Assembly: GCF_009914755.1 (NCBI RefSeq)
Contig: NC_060926.1
Source: the human T2T-CHM13v2.0 reference genome, Homo sapiens
DNA: 64,000 nucleotides
Reading direction: 5' to 3' (one strand)
The position numbers were made by a program, and so were the translations under genes. Position 1 is the stretch's first letter. Every line of letters begins with the position of its first letter. The notes beneath the pieces were generated by a model. The model ran no database searches. It worked only from the letters and a program-made list of their open reading frames with translations, and had not been told where the DNA came from. Positions 17,021 to 30,595 of the stretch are shown in pieces.

Positions 17021-19609
17021 TTGCCTCCCTTCCCTACTGAGGGAGACGCGGGCAGGGGAGGACCTTGGAGCTGGAGATTTGGCCCTGTGTGCTCACCTGG
17101 TCCCCTGGGGTGGACACTGAGTGGCTTTGTACACAGGACCTCAGTCCCCTCAGCTCTGTGACCTTGAGGATTCTGGTGACAGCTGTTTCAAAGTTGCATT
17201 GGACTATTATTACTCCTGTTACTGCAGCCACCACCCATAGGACCACTAATACTGCAAAGCCACCCTTCCTGGTACCCAGGAAGCCTCCCTCCTAACCCCC
17301 AGGCTCCTTAGAAGGAGCAAGTGAGATAATGAACATGGGCATGTTCTCAACCCTGTGTGAAGAAACTCATGCTTCTCCTGCTTCAAGGACTCAAGGTCAC
17401 TGCCAGAGTGGAAGGTGGAATCCCTCCCCCTTCTGCCCAGTGTGCTTCCTCCCTGAAGCATCTCCTGAATCGGGCAAGTTTAAGGGTGGGAGGTTAATAA
17501 ACTTCATCTGATCTCAGAGTTCTTAGCGTCCAGAAAACAAATCAATGGGCCACGCTGAGCACTGGACTTTGCTTGGCATGTTCACGATTGTGGGGTTCAG
17601 ATGCAGAGATACTGTACAGCCTGTCCTTCTGCTTTGGTGCAGGCACTACTGTATTTTTAGACCTGCCCGACACTGCCAAGACAAGCAGTGTATGGAGATG
17701 AAGGCCAGGCTTGCTGGCCTGCACAACAGAAGCACATTGCCTAAAGCGAGGCAACATATGCTGGCGGCCCTCATTTGCTGCGAGGGAGGTGGGGGGTAGT
17801 GGCGTGTTTTGTTTTGGCTTCATTTGGAACATTTTATAGCACTTCACACTGCGTGTGCTTGAGGATGTGTCGAAACACAGGATTAGCTTTATGAACTAGC
17901 TTTGTGGGTGTCTGAGGCAATATAGCAAGTTTTGAAAAATGAATAACACTTAAGTTTATCTTTAAGCTGCAAATAAAATATTTACATTTTTGTATGTACA
18001 ACAAAATCACTTATCAAAACACTACAAATTTGGAATTGTGATCATTTGGGTTGACTTTTCTCTCTATACCCTCTATGAAAGAAGGTTTGTTCTGCAAATT
18101 ATATTATGCAAAATCAAGAGGAAATGTTTAAATATCTTAACAGAACAAACTGGTTTTGCTTGCAAATGAAAACCCGTAGAGACGCTCTTGATTCTTCCTG
18201 GTTTCTCACCACCTGTAACAACAGTAACACCAAAGCTTATGTCATCTCCATCCCAGCTGCTTAGCTCTGGGTCAGTCTTTTAAGAGCTCCCACTTGGGCT
18301 TGCTACAATAGCTACCTTAATTAGCTTTTCCTTGTTCTATTCTTTTTCCTAGCAGTTCATTCTCTGTATACTTACAACAGGGATACTCTGATACCAGTTG
18401 GATTGGTGTCTCTGATTAATGGTCTTGAGTACCCCCTGACACCCATGTGATAGAGGACCAGCTCCTTGGAAGGGAAAACAAAGCCTCAACCACTTTTCCA
18501 GGTTCCCCATTTTCTCTTCCCCTCATCCACCCGGTGGCAGCCGCAGGGAGCAGCTTCTTACCCCACATTCCATGGAACTCTTTCCCTCTCTGATTGGCAT
18601 GGCCTTGCTCCTGCCTTCTGCCCCATGAATTGTAGACAAACGCTGAGACCCAGCACCATATGCCCTTTCTCACTGCTACTCAGCCCTGAAATCATGGTCT
18701 TTCCTGCCATTCGACACCATAATATTCAAGCATACCTCTACTAGGTATGTTTAGCACCCAGCGTTAAAAAAAGCAAATATGCTTTTTCTTCTGGGGAAAA
18801 GAACTTGCGAGGGCAAGGATTATGTCTTACTCTGGCAGTTTTTGGTGCCTTGCACGTAGAAAGCCCTCAGCATATGTTTGCTAAATTAAGTGGCTTCTGG
18901 TTGTCAGCACTGTGCCCATTTGCTAAGCAAGCCTGGCAAGGCCCCTCTTAGAGGCCCCTGATGAGACACCAGTTTGAGTTGTTGGATGGATTTGAATGGC
19001 TTGGAATGGAACTTATTCTAAAATCAGCTACAGTTAAAACGTCAGGCTGCTTTTGCCTATCATCTAAATTAATGAGGTTTTAGTGCATTTTTTACTCTAT
19101 TTCTCTGGAAAAAGAAATACTATGGGGCTTTACTTTCCTAACTTTTTCCATTGAATTCAGAACAGATTCCCATTCTGCCACTAGCTTCTTGCCTGTGATA
19201 ATCTTCACACATGCACAAAAAGGCACATAGATATGCAGAAGCACACTCATACAGACACACACACATGTTAGTGTGCATAATTAATAGTCAACTTTACTTC
19301 ACGGCCTTCATTGTCCTGTAGTTTTTGGTTATTTTTATTTTTCCTTCCTGAAGGATTTTTAACAGACATTTCCCTGTACTGCCTACTCACATCACTTTGA
19401 ATTTGACCATTCAGATATACCCAAGACATGAGCTCCTTTGATCTATGCTTGAATCTGAAATTTGAATTTGTGATATAGTTAATACTCTTTCTATTATATA
19501 TTTTTATGGATAAAATTGAGACATCAGGAACATGGATTTACATTCCCTAAATCCTCTATTTAACAAACTAGACAATGTTTAATGATTCAATGACTGTTTT
19601 ATTTTATTA

Positions 19610-19979
<370 letters not shown>

Positions 19980-20721
19980 TAAAGGGAAATGTTAGAAAAA
20001 TATGAAATGATATAGTTACACAGAATATGTTGATATCATATTTCAGTACACTTTTAGCTGATGATTTTCAGTCTAGATCTACTAGAATAAGGTTTTGAAA
20101 TAAGTTGCTAGAAAATGTAATTCTGTAAAAGTTTAATCTGTTTGGGAAAATAAACTGAATTCTCCAGAACTATTTATACAACATCTGTTGTTGGACTGAT
20201 TGGCCGCCATCCTCATTTCAGCACCTGCCCAAGGAGCTCTTCATAGGCCAATTTACCAACTGACTGAAAAATCAACAGAACTTACTCTCTTTAAAACCAT
20301 TCTTTAATTCTTTAATCCTTTCACAGATTCACATGTGCTTTCCTTTAATTATCCACATTGTGATTGTATAGATTACATGTAAATGTATTTCCATTGTAAA
20401 TCTTGCTTCATGTTCTAATAGGCACTAATAGAAGTTCAATATTATTTAAGTTAAACATTGAATTGTATCTAATGAGACAAATGGATTTTTAGAGATGCTT
20501 CTACTAGGCACAGTCCAAAATCTTCAAAGACAAGGCTGTGTAGTTTTACAAGCTCATATAAAGAACAAGAAAACCAACTCAGTTTTCTCTGAGATACAGT
20601 CAAGATCTAAGAGATTGAAACAATATAAATCACTAACCAAACAAAAATATCCTCCAAAAATTGCATAGGAATATAAAATTTGATATATACCTAAAAATAT
20701 ATATATAATTTTATATGTGTG

Positions 20722-20724
<3 letters not shown>

Positions 20725-20757
<33 letters not shown>
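20725..20757. repeat. (CA)n microsatellite in a TA/TG-rich patch
   Basis: Seen directly. Confidence 0.95.
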
Positions 20758-20758
<1 letters not shown>

Positions 20759-20949
20759 TTATAGCCTCTAAGGACAGTCTTTCAGTTTTCAGTGTTAATA
20801 TATGTGTGTGTGTGCATATGTGTATGTTCATATATATATATATATAAATAATTTAAAGCCTATCTCCAACCTAGATCCATCAGATTGGATGATATTTGTT
20901 AGTATCAGCCACATTGTTGACAAGACCATTTTATTACAAGGTGTCATAA

Positions 20950-21140
20950 TTAATAAGAATCATAGCAAATATACTTGAGTGCTTACTACATGCAGCCGCT
21001 TTTCATATATTATATCAATTAATCCTCACTATAAACCTATGAAAAGAATACTGCTTTCTGCATTAGAAAACTAAAGTCTATCATAGTCACACAATTAATA
21101 AGCAGAGAAGCTCCCATATCATGTTTCAGTTCCCAAATGA
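20950..21140 (-). mobile_element. MIR
   Basis: tacttgagtgcttact...ttaatcctcac...aaaactaaag...gtcacacaattaataag. Confidence 0.55.
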
Positions 21141-22176
21141 ATGTGCTTAATTCACCATGTGTTGAAGATTTTCTGATTGGCTCAGTTTTACTTTAGAGAG
21201 TGCATGAACTCTATGCAATTCTACAAGACAATTCTTTATTATGACTGCATATTTTAATTCTGCAATCAAAGTATGGTGCATGTGAAAACTATGTAATATA
21301 ATTAGCTAGAAAATAGGAAGTTCCAACAAATTTTGTAATATGCTTGATGTTATGCACTTTTGAATGTTAGAAGCATAGGCAGGAAACAAAGCACATGGTG
21401 ACGGCACTCAGGCATCTGACTGGGAGGCTATTTCTATGTGATCAAAGCTCTCCAGGCAGCCAAGGCCCTCCCTTCCTTTAAATACCAATCTGTGGTTGTA
21501 CAGGGGATTCAGAATCAAAAGCTGGGCTCCTTTGCTAGATCAAATGAAAGGGCAGGGACTCGCAGTGGTCAGGAATGACAGCATTCTGGGGCGCATTTTT
21601 TCCACACTTCTGTCTTGCTGTCTGTTTCTTCCTCTGCTTCATCGTGTGTCTCCTCCCTTTCTTGCATCCCCTCCACTGCCCGCTGCCTTGACGCTCCTGC
21701 TGCTTCCTCTGCCGTCTGTGTGACCTGGTTCAGGATCCCTGAGCCTGGGCTTCCCTGGCTCATCTGATTCGGGCTGTCAGTGCCTCATGTGAGCTTCTGC
21801 TCTGCTGCTCATCACCTCACTTTCTCAGTTTTCCAGTTCCTAGGGGATCACAAGGATGATTCCAATTCATCTTTCAAACTGTTCTTCAGAAGGCATGGGT
21901 CAGAGGTCACCGTGCATTGGCTCTGTGTCAGGTATCTGCTCCCATTTACTGATGTTTTAGGTTTGTAGGAGTAGAGTCATGTGATATGGAACATGGCCAC
22001 TACCTTTTTAGGAGGTAAATGGACAGAAAACGTTCCCATGAGAGATGGTATGAGAACTTCGTAGAACTTTCTGTATCAGTAGTCTACTTTGCCCAAACAT
22101 GACTACTGCACTCTAAGCTATCATTTAAAGAGATGTTCCAACCTCAGTGGCACATCAGAAACAGTGTACAGCCATC

Positions 22177-22510
22177 CAGTTGTCCCTCAGCATCCACATA
22201 TAATTGTTTCCCGGACCCATCCCCCTGAGGATATGAAAATCTGTGAACACTCAAGTCCCTGATATAAAATGGCATAGTATTTGCATATAACTTATGCACA
22301 TCCTCCTGTATACTTTAAATCATCTCTAAATTACTTCTAATATTTACTACAATGCAAGTACTAGGTAAATTGTTGCTATACTGTATTGTTTTACAATTTG
22401 TATGATTTTTATTGTTGTATTGACATTTTTTGTTGTGTTTTTCCTAAATATTTTTGATCCATGGTTGGTTGAATCCACAGATGCAAAACCCAGATAGAGA
22501 GGGCTGACCA
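22177..22510 (+). mobile_element. MER2 (TcMar-Tigger MITE)
   Basis: cagttgtccctc...ctcaagtccctgatataaaatggcatagtatttgcatataac...gagggctgacca, with degenerate terminal inverted repeats. Confidence 0.82.
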
Positions 22511-22609
22511 TACAAGCTAAGGGAAAGAATACATGTTCCTATTGCTGAACACAAGACCCCCTGCTGTGCAGTGATAATGCAATCTTGATAATAATAGCAA
22601 TAAAAGCCA

Positions 22610-22775
22610 CCACACATGGTGGCTCATGCCTATAATCCCTGCACTTTGGGTGAAGGTGGCAGGAGGATTGTTTGAACCCAGGAGCTTGAGGCTGCAGTGA
22701 GCTGTGATTACATGACTGCACTCCAGCCTGTATGACAGAGCAAGACTCTGTCTCAAAGAGAAAAAGAAAAAAAGA
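22610..22775 (+). mobile_element. Alu monomer (FRAM/AluJ-like)
   Basis: Single arm: ggtggctcatgcctataatccc...gaggctgcagtgagc...gcaagactctgtctc plus A-rich tail. Confidence 0.8.
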
Positions 22776-23039
22776 AATGCCTTTTATTGGTTTCTTATTA
22801 TATGCCACACACTTCACATACATTGTAAGTCATTCTTCTAATAGTTCTAAAGGATGGACACAAACATCTCTATTTTACAGAAAAAGAGACTTCTAGGAGT
22901 TTCAGTAACTGGTCCAAAGTTACCTTGCAAGAAAGTGGTAAATACTCAGGTCACTCGGACTCCAACACCTATGTTTTTCTACTGTATTATGCTGATTTTT
23001 TAAATTTTAACAAATATCATTTAAAGAAACTAAGACAAG

Positions 23040-24960
23040 AAATAGATTCTACTTTATTTACATGGATATTAATCATTTCTGCTGCTCTTCCTCTGTTTCT
23101 GAAGTTTAACGTGCACTCCGGTGTCATTTCTCTTTAGCCCAAAGAACTTCCTTTAGCATTTCCTGTAGAACAGGTCTGTTGATAACACATTCTACTCTTT
23201 CCTTCTTCACAAATGGCTTCACCCTACCCTTCTTTCTATATTTTCACCACGTGCAGAATTTTAGTTGAAGGTCTTTTCTTTCAGCAGCTTAAAAATGTTT
23301 TCCCACTGTCTTTTGGCTTCCATCATTCTTGATGAGAAAGTTAGAGCCTTGGGATTATTTCCCCATATGTTTTATGTAATGATTTTTTCCTCTGGCTGCT
23401 TTCAAGACTTTTTTTTTGTTTAGAGTTTTTGGTAATTTTATTATTATGTGTCTTGACTAATTTATAGGAGTTTATTCGCTTTGGAGTTTGCTGAGTATCC
23501 TGTATCTGTAAATTTGTGTTTCATCACATTTGGAAAGTTTTCAGGCATTACTTTTATGAATATTTTTTCTTCACCAATATCTACGGCCTCTGCTTTAGGA
23601 CTCCAATGACACAAATGTGAGAACTTCTGATATTGTTCCACAAGCCTTTGAAACTTCATTTATTTTGTTTTCAATCTTTTTTCTTTCTGTTTCTCATATT
23701 GAATAATTTTTATTGCTTTATTTTCAAGTTCACTTACTCTGTCCTCTCTCATCCCTGTTTTATTATTGAGTCCATTGCATGGGTTTAATTTCAGATATTG
23801 TGTTTTCTAATTCTAAAATTTATTTTTGTAATTTATAGACCTTATAATTTCTTTATATTTATTTCAAGAGTATTCACCCCAGTCTATAGAAAATGGTTCT
23901 AATAACTACTTTCAAGTCTGTCTGATAATTCATATATCTAAATCATCTTTGGTTTGGCTGTCTCTTTGATAATTGATCAGATTTTCATTATTGTTGGTAT
24001 ATCAAGTAATTTCAGGTTGTATCCTGGACACCTTGAATTTTATGTTGTCAAAATTCAAAGTGTTAAATTCAGTGGAGAATTCACTGTTAAAATTCTCTGG
24101 ATAATGTTGATTTTTAAAAAATTTGATTATTATTATTTTTTCGGCAGGCAATCAACCAACCCAATCTGTCCCTTTCTTCTGTGGTGGCAGTTTCAATTTT
24201 AATTCATTTTTCAAAGTCTATGTGATGCTGTTTGTGCTGTGCACCCTGGGGCGCACACCACTCAGGGCTTGCTCTGGAACCTGGACGGTCTTCAAACTGT
24301 AATTTGGTTCTTAAAGACTTTGCTATGCTTCTTGGTCTGTTTCCTGTGCATGTGCAACTTGGGGGTGTGCTTGGTATTTGTGTAGGTTCAAACGTGGAAT
24401 TTTAGAGTCTTTTCTTTAGCTCTTTTCTCTGTGGGATTTTCTTTACACCCTCTGGCTCCTCGGACTCTTTTTCCCAGTTTCTCTGGCCAGAAAGGTTGAA
24501 TTCTGAGTTCTGGCCTCCTGCGCTGTGGCACAGTTCCATGCAGCCATGACACATAGCAAGCAGCAAGAGAAAGGAGAAAAAACATAACCATGATTCCTCC
24601 CTCCTCTTTGCACAATGAGGGTTCCTTTTTGTGATTCCTCTATCTAGAGGGTTGGGTCATCATTTGGGATTTTAAGTGCCCACGCCTCCACTGGGGCAGC
24701 AGTGCAGACCTGTATTTAAAGCTGATCTGGAGGCAGGACTAAGGGAATAAAAAGAGGAAAAAATAAACATGGGGATTTACTCTGGCTTTAGGGGGCTATT
24801 TTCCTAGATTTCTAGGAAATGAATTCAACTAAAGATTTTTGCTATTCGCACCTTTTACACAGTTCCCCATTCGCTTGCCTTCAGGCCAAATCCATGAGGA
24901 AAAAAGAAGAAAATCAGATAACTTTGCAACTTGATCTCTGTTAAGACTTGACTTTCCTTC
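23040..24960 (-). mobile_element. Old L1M (ORF1/5' region)
   Basis: Antisense remnant EKIFIKVMPENFPNVMK, an ORF1p motif. T-rich degenerate body. Confidence 0.7.
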
Positions 24961-26547
24961 TCACTCCACTTGCTATTATTTACTTTCAGTCCTTATATGG
25001 TTGCTTGTCATACTTACCTAGTTTTAGTTGTGATCAGTACAGTCGTAGAATGGATTTCTTATTCTCTGAGCTGCTTCTTGTTGTTAATGATTATACCCCT
25101 AGCACTTGGCACAGAAGCTGTCCTGTGAAAGATAACCTCAACCTATTTCTAAATGAAATAAATGAAAATGTAAAATGTGAGACTCACCAATTGCCTAATA
25201 AACTATGGTAGGACAAGGACAGCAAATATTTGGCCACACTCTGCAACTCGTAATTTCCATACTCAAAGCTGACATTAGTATCTCTTCACTGCCCTGTTCC
25301 CTGCTGAGCCTGAATACAACTGCAGAATATTGTCTAACACAGCAGCCCTGGAAACCATGCCAAGTGGCCAGCACTGGTATGGGAAGTGAAAGCCTATCAT
25401 GTATTCCTGTTTTCAGGACTTGGTTATTCACATAAAAATCCGAGCCTTCCTTTTCCATTTAACTGAAGTGACTCCTCTTCTCAAATTTCCATCCTCCCAT
25501 CCTCTTTCCTGTAAAACTCCAGTTGATTGATAGATTTCTTCTTTGCCAGGAAGGCTTCTTGAGAAAAAAAAATATTCTTTTCCTTCTTATCAAGTTGTAT
25601 ATTTTCTTAAAATATAACTTGACTAATATGTTTCACTGAGCGTTCCCCCATCTATACTATCAAGAATTTATTTTAGCTTTTTATCCTTTTGGAAATGATG
25701 AAATTGGTTAAGATTGGTAATTATCCAACTCAAAAATGATCGTTAGAATTCCTTTTTGTTTGATTACCATATATCACCAAACCTACTATTTCTTACCAGC
25801 TGTTTCCATTAATTTAGCCTTGCTTGTCCTTGACTCCTATAGACTCCTATACTTCTCATTTTGAATCTAAGTGAAAATATTAATAGAAAGAGGTAAGCCT
25901 TAAATACATCTGATTTAAATTATCAGATTTGCTTGGAAAGCATAGCTAAACGAACTTCTTTTATGGTTTTGCTTGTCATTTTTTATTGCCTTAGACTGTT
26001 TTCTATAGAGCCAACAATCTAAATAGAAGTGGATATTTTTGTTGTGGTTAGGGGCTTGGGGTGACTATTATCAGCTCTCAGAGATAATCATGGTACAAAT
26101 ATATCTTAGAAGAAGATGTGAGGTAGTGTTTGTAAATAATGTGAATGCATTTACATGTGTTTGGACATTCGGTATGAAACACTTCTAGGCTACCCAACTG
26201 GGTACTTAAATGGGAGAACTCTTTAGAAGCAAGAACCTTAGGTCTTCTTGCTTCTAAAATGGAAAATCGTGATGGAAAAAAGAGCTCCCACAGTATATTA
26301 AGCATGTGTGTGGTACAAACATTGAGCAAGAGGAGTTGATTGAAGGTCACCAGCTTGGACATCACTGATTCCAAGGTCATCTGATAAGATCTCCTGTTTG
26401 TTCAGACCCATCCCTGGCATTCTATCTAGCAGTGCCATAGCTGAAATTAGAAAAATGAAGATGAAAGCAACTGACTGTGACAATCTGCTGTGTACACAAT
26501 CTAAGTGTATTTTTCTTTCTTTTCTCTTTTCCTCCTGGGGTCTCCAG

Positions 26548-26685
26548 TTTACCGTGGTTTCTGGGCAGTCCTGATGCTCCTGGGGGTAGTTGCTGTAGTC
26601 ATCGCAAGCTTTTTGATCATCTGTGCAGCCCCCTTCGCCAGCCATTTTCTCTACAAAGCTGGGGGAGGCTCATATATTGCTGCAG
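26548..26685 (+). CDS. TMEM182: TMEM182 internal coding exon (probably exon 4), 138 nt, phase 1-1
   Basis: Pyrimidine tract and ctccAG acceptor (26546-26547), GCAG|GTACGT donor (26686). Encodes (I)[45 protein letters not shown](G), which I recognise as TMEM182, and joins in frame with the exon at 43428. Confidence 0.96.
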
Positions 26686-26789
26686 GTACGTACGGTGCAA
26701 TGGGTATGACTTTCAGCCACGGTTTTTCTTCATGTCTTTCTATTTTTCATTTCTATATTCAGGCGTCAGCCTTCTAGTAACAGTAACAC

Positions 26790-26863
26790 AATAATATTTG
26801 TATACAATACTTCTTGAACACTAACTAATAATATTTGTATACAATACTTCTTGAACACTAACT
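26790..26863. repeat. Perfect 37-bp tandem duplication
   Basis: aataatatttgtatacaatacttcttgaacactaact x2. Confidence 0.95.
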
Positions 26864-27242
26864 GTGTGTCGGACACTTTTCAGGGACTTTCCCTTTTCCA
26901 CATGCTGACACATTTAACCATCATGATAGTCTCTGCTCACTGTAAGGCCATTATTATAAAGAGGAGAACACTGAGGCTTAGAGGAGAAAACTCTGTCACT
27001 GACTCACTCCAAGGTGTGTAAGAGACTGTTAACCTCTTACCCTATTAATTTTCTGTCTGTAAATGGGGATCGTAACATAAGTCTCTGTAACATATCAGCA
27101 TATGATATGGGTAGGCATTTTCTGAGCTCTTCAAAGATAGCCCTGTGATGATATTTATGATAAGCATACACTCATGATTTATCATAGGTACAAAAATATT
27201 TTTCTACATCACTCCCATTCATTTTCTTAATTGTTTGTTGAT

Positions 27243-27536
27243 GCCAGGTGTGGTGGCTCACACCTGTAGTCCCAGCACTTTGGGAGGCTAAGGTGGGTGC
27301 ATCACTTGAAGTCAGGAGTTTGAGAACAGCCTGGCCAACATGGTGAAACCCTGTTTCTACTAAAAATACAAAAAAATTAGCCAGGCGTGGTGGCATGTGC
27401 CTGTAATCCCAGCTACTCAGGAGGCTGAGGCAGGAGAATCACTTGAACTCGGGAGGCGGAGGTTGCATTGAGCGAGATTGTGCCACTGCACTTCAGCCTG
27501 GATGACAGAGCGAGACTTTGTCTAAAAAAAAAAAAT
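27243..27536 (+). mobile_element. Alu (S family)
   Basis: Full dimer with poly(A). Confidence 0.95.
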
Positions 27537-28067
27537 AATTAATTAATTGTGATCCATATGAATTATCTGAATATATTATTTTCTGTGTGAAGCTTGCATT
27601 TATTTTAGTTAGGTTTCTAACTAATTTAATTTCTGCTAAAATGATCACACTACAAATAGAAAAGTAATTGAAGAGGTGAGTCTTGTGAATTTTAAGCCCT
27701 TTTCATTTAATTAGGCAGTGAAAGCCAGACTATTAACTTGGAAACATAAGCACAGGCTATTATTTGTAAAGATAATTCTAGAAAACTAGCCAAACTTCAG
27801 TATGACTGAGACCAAACTGTACATACTATGCTGTATTGTAACATCAAACCAGAGTGACAGAGTGCTCCTAGGTGACACTGTAGTGACAGTTGAAGGAAAG
27901 GAACAGAATGGAGAAGGTTACTGTCCTTCTAATCATTGGAAAGATGGCTTGTGATGCTGCCCAGTGTCATTTCATCAGTGCTCAGGTAACACAATACTTT
28001 CTGCATAAGATTGTGCTTAATTCTGCAGAGGGAATAAAAATAATAATCAGATCTAGATCCTGTATTT

Positions 28068-28692
28068 TGTAGGGGCCAAGAGGAACAGAAGGTTCCCTGA
28101 AAAATCCACTTGGAAAAGGCAGATTAATTGAAGAAAAGGCATACATATAATTTCATGTGTATACCTGGGAGCTTTCAGATTGAAGACCCAAAAAGATATG
28201 GGCAAATTGTCCATTTTTATGCTTAGGTTCAACAAAGGATGGGCAGCTGTGTAGAAATATGATTGGACAAAAAGGGCAGGATCTAATGGTCATAGACTAA
28301 GTGGGGAACCCAGCGAGGCCTGTCCGTTTAGCTTCTTCATGGCTTCACTGAGCAGCACGCCTTCCTTCTGGGTGTGGGGCGGGACCCTCTCTGGAATTGG
28401 CAAACAAGGTAGGTCCGGTCAATTCCTTTGTCCTTTGTGGCCAATTTTTACACAGAAAGGTGGAGGGAGAGTTAGAGTAATATGTTCAGGTTTCGTGGCT
28501 GGCTTTGGGGAAAGGAGTTCTGGTTTCTATGATTCACCTTTGTGGAGAGGGGACCTTTGTGGTTTCTAAGGCCAGCCTCGGGAGAGAACAGGACTGGGAG
28601 GCAGGAGGGCAGGAGAAGGTCAGAGAAAAACTTTTGCTCCTGAGGCTGCTGCTGGGGCTTCATTTTGGAGTTTTGTTTCCTGAGCCCCAACA
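28068..28692 (-). mobile_element. MER39-like solo LTR (ERV1)
   Basis: TG...CA termini. Minus strand begins tgttggggctcaggaaacaaaactccaaaatgaag. Near-TSD attt/gttt. Confidence 0.75.
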
Positions 28693-28819
28693 GTTTAAAG
28701 AGCTAAAAAAAAAAATCTCACTCTGAGAAGAACCCTGTTAAACCATTCTTTCTTTTGTCTTTTATTTGAACTGTTTTCTTTCACTGGATTTAGCCATTAG
28801 AGCTCTTCATTGTAAAAGC

Positions 28820-29105
28820 CTTTTTTACTGAGATGTAATCAACATACAACCTACCATTTTGATGTGTATAATTCAGCGTAGGGTTTTAGTACATTCACAG
28901 AGTTGTGCAAGAATCACCACTATCTGACTTCAGAATATTTTTATTACTCCACAGAGAAACCTTGTTTTCTACTCTCCTTCTCTCCTGACCAGCTCTAAGA
29001 AACCTCTAATCTACTTTCTATCTGTATGGGTTTGCCTATTCTGAATATTTCCTATGAATGAAATCACACTATATGTGGACTTTTGTGTCTGGCTTTTTTC
29101 ACTTA
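28820..29105 (-). mobile_element. L1M 3' end fragment
   Basis: tagtacattcacagagttgtgcaa...ctaatctactttctatctgtatgggtttgcctattctgaatatttc. Confidence 0.7.
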
Positions 29106-29478
29106 GATCTGATAAATTATCATCCCTCTGCTTGAATTCATAATTCCATAGGACCAAATCCCATATCCTTATATCCCTTAAAACTGAGCATCTTCTTGGC
29201 CAAAAAAATTTTTCTCACCCAAACGACACTTTACCCTTTCCCTTTTCAAAGTTCCAGTAAGGGTACACATTTTTCTATGGTCTTCCCAGAAATAACAGTG
29301 CTCTGTTTACATGTACAAATATTTGTTTCTTCTTTTTCCTTGCTTTTTTTTTTGTAACCACAGTTTTTCAATAGAGGGAACATGTAATCACCATAGTTTA
29401 GTGATAATGTATTATGGGCAGCATGATCGTTTTAAACTCAGAACTGCTTTGATCCTGGTTTTCGTTCTGGTTTTGGAC

Positions 29479-29482
<4 letters not shown>

Positions 29483-29525
<43 letters not shown>
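29483..29525. repeat. (TG)n microsatellite
   Basis: Seen directly. Confidence 0.95.
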
Positions 29526-29527
<2 letters not shown>

Positions 29528-29921
29528 AGTAGCTTTGAAAAAAAATTGTTGGTCTTTTTCCATTTTGCAATTTGTGCAAAAAGCAATATACGTGAAGAGT
29601 TATGTTTGGCTGAGAACTGTGTAGGAGGATAAAGCATTTAATGTACTCATATATCCATACACCTGTAACTGGTGGATTTTTTCTTTTTGTTTTTATTGTG
29701 ATTTTTAATTGACACAATAATTATACATGTCAGATTTTTTTAAATGAACCTTGTGTTGCTTATGGTAAAGGGCCAAGTGTTTCCTTGCTCAGGACTTCAT
29801 GCAAAAGCCCCGAGAAGTTCTGAGGTGTCCAAGGTGTTCCCATTTTCAAAGCCATGAAACTAGGTGATTCAGAGGACACTTACTTTACATTTGACTTTTA
29901 TTATAATTTCCTTTGTGGCAC

Positions 29922-30595
29922 TGTTGCGGGAATCAGGAGGACCAGAGAGACCTCAGGGTAAAGCAGGAGGATTTTATGGAGTGCACTCAGACCCAGTGGA
30001 TTAACATCCTGAGACTGGGCCCAGAACAAAGACAGCTCTTGAACTTTATACACACTTCAAAAAGGGGGTGGGCTAGCTTGAAGCAGGCTTTCAGTGGCAT
30101 GAAAGCAAAGAAACAGAGGCAGAACAAAGACAGTTAATCAAATTGTGGTAGGTATGTAACTCAGGATTACATATGACCATTGCGGTGCAGCCCAGATGGC
30201 TGTTATCTGGGTTTGCTCTAGTGTCTAGCACGGGCTTATCTCATAACCGTTGCTATGGTGCCCAGATGGCTGTAGTTCAGGCCTGCTCAGGCTTCTCATG
30301 ACCTTCATTGTGCCGCTTAGATAAAACAAAATACTTGAAGTTACTAGTTACAGAGAACAGGAAGCTATAAACTCATACTAAAAAGGGAAAGGAAAATTTG
30401 TTTTTCTTCTCCCTTTGCTGAGGGAGTTCTCCAGAGTACATTCCTTTGTGTCCTAGCTTCTTAGATAGTGTTTACAAGGCTTTTCCTGGGTCTGGGCTAT
30501 GCCTGTTGCTGCCTCTGGGATAAGTCAGCCTAATACAGGGAAGCTTATTTCTTTTTCTACTTAATTTTATTTTTCTTTCTTTAATTTCCACCTCA
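29922..30595 (-). mobile_element. ERV1-class solo LTR (tentatively LTR15-like)
   Basis: TG...CA termini with a 4-bp TSD GCAC (29918-29921, 30596-30599). Minus strand begins tgaggtggaaattaaagaaag. Subfamily assignment is from memory and uncertain. Confidence 0.7.

Noticed and set aside
17690-17890. CpG-retaining unique patch that looks regulatory
   Set aside because: Only weak, generic motif matches, not enough to call.
21590-21940. Long pyrimidine-rich stretch with possible cryptic acceptor and donor
   Set aside because: The donor (GTATCT) is weak and nothing supports a frame.
26298-26645. 115-aa ORF antisense to the TMEM182 exon
   Set aside because: Shadow of the coding exon with no independent evidence.
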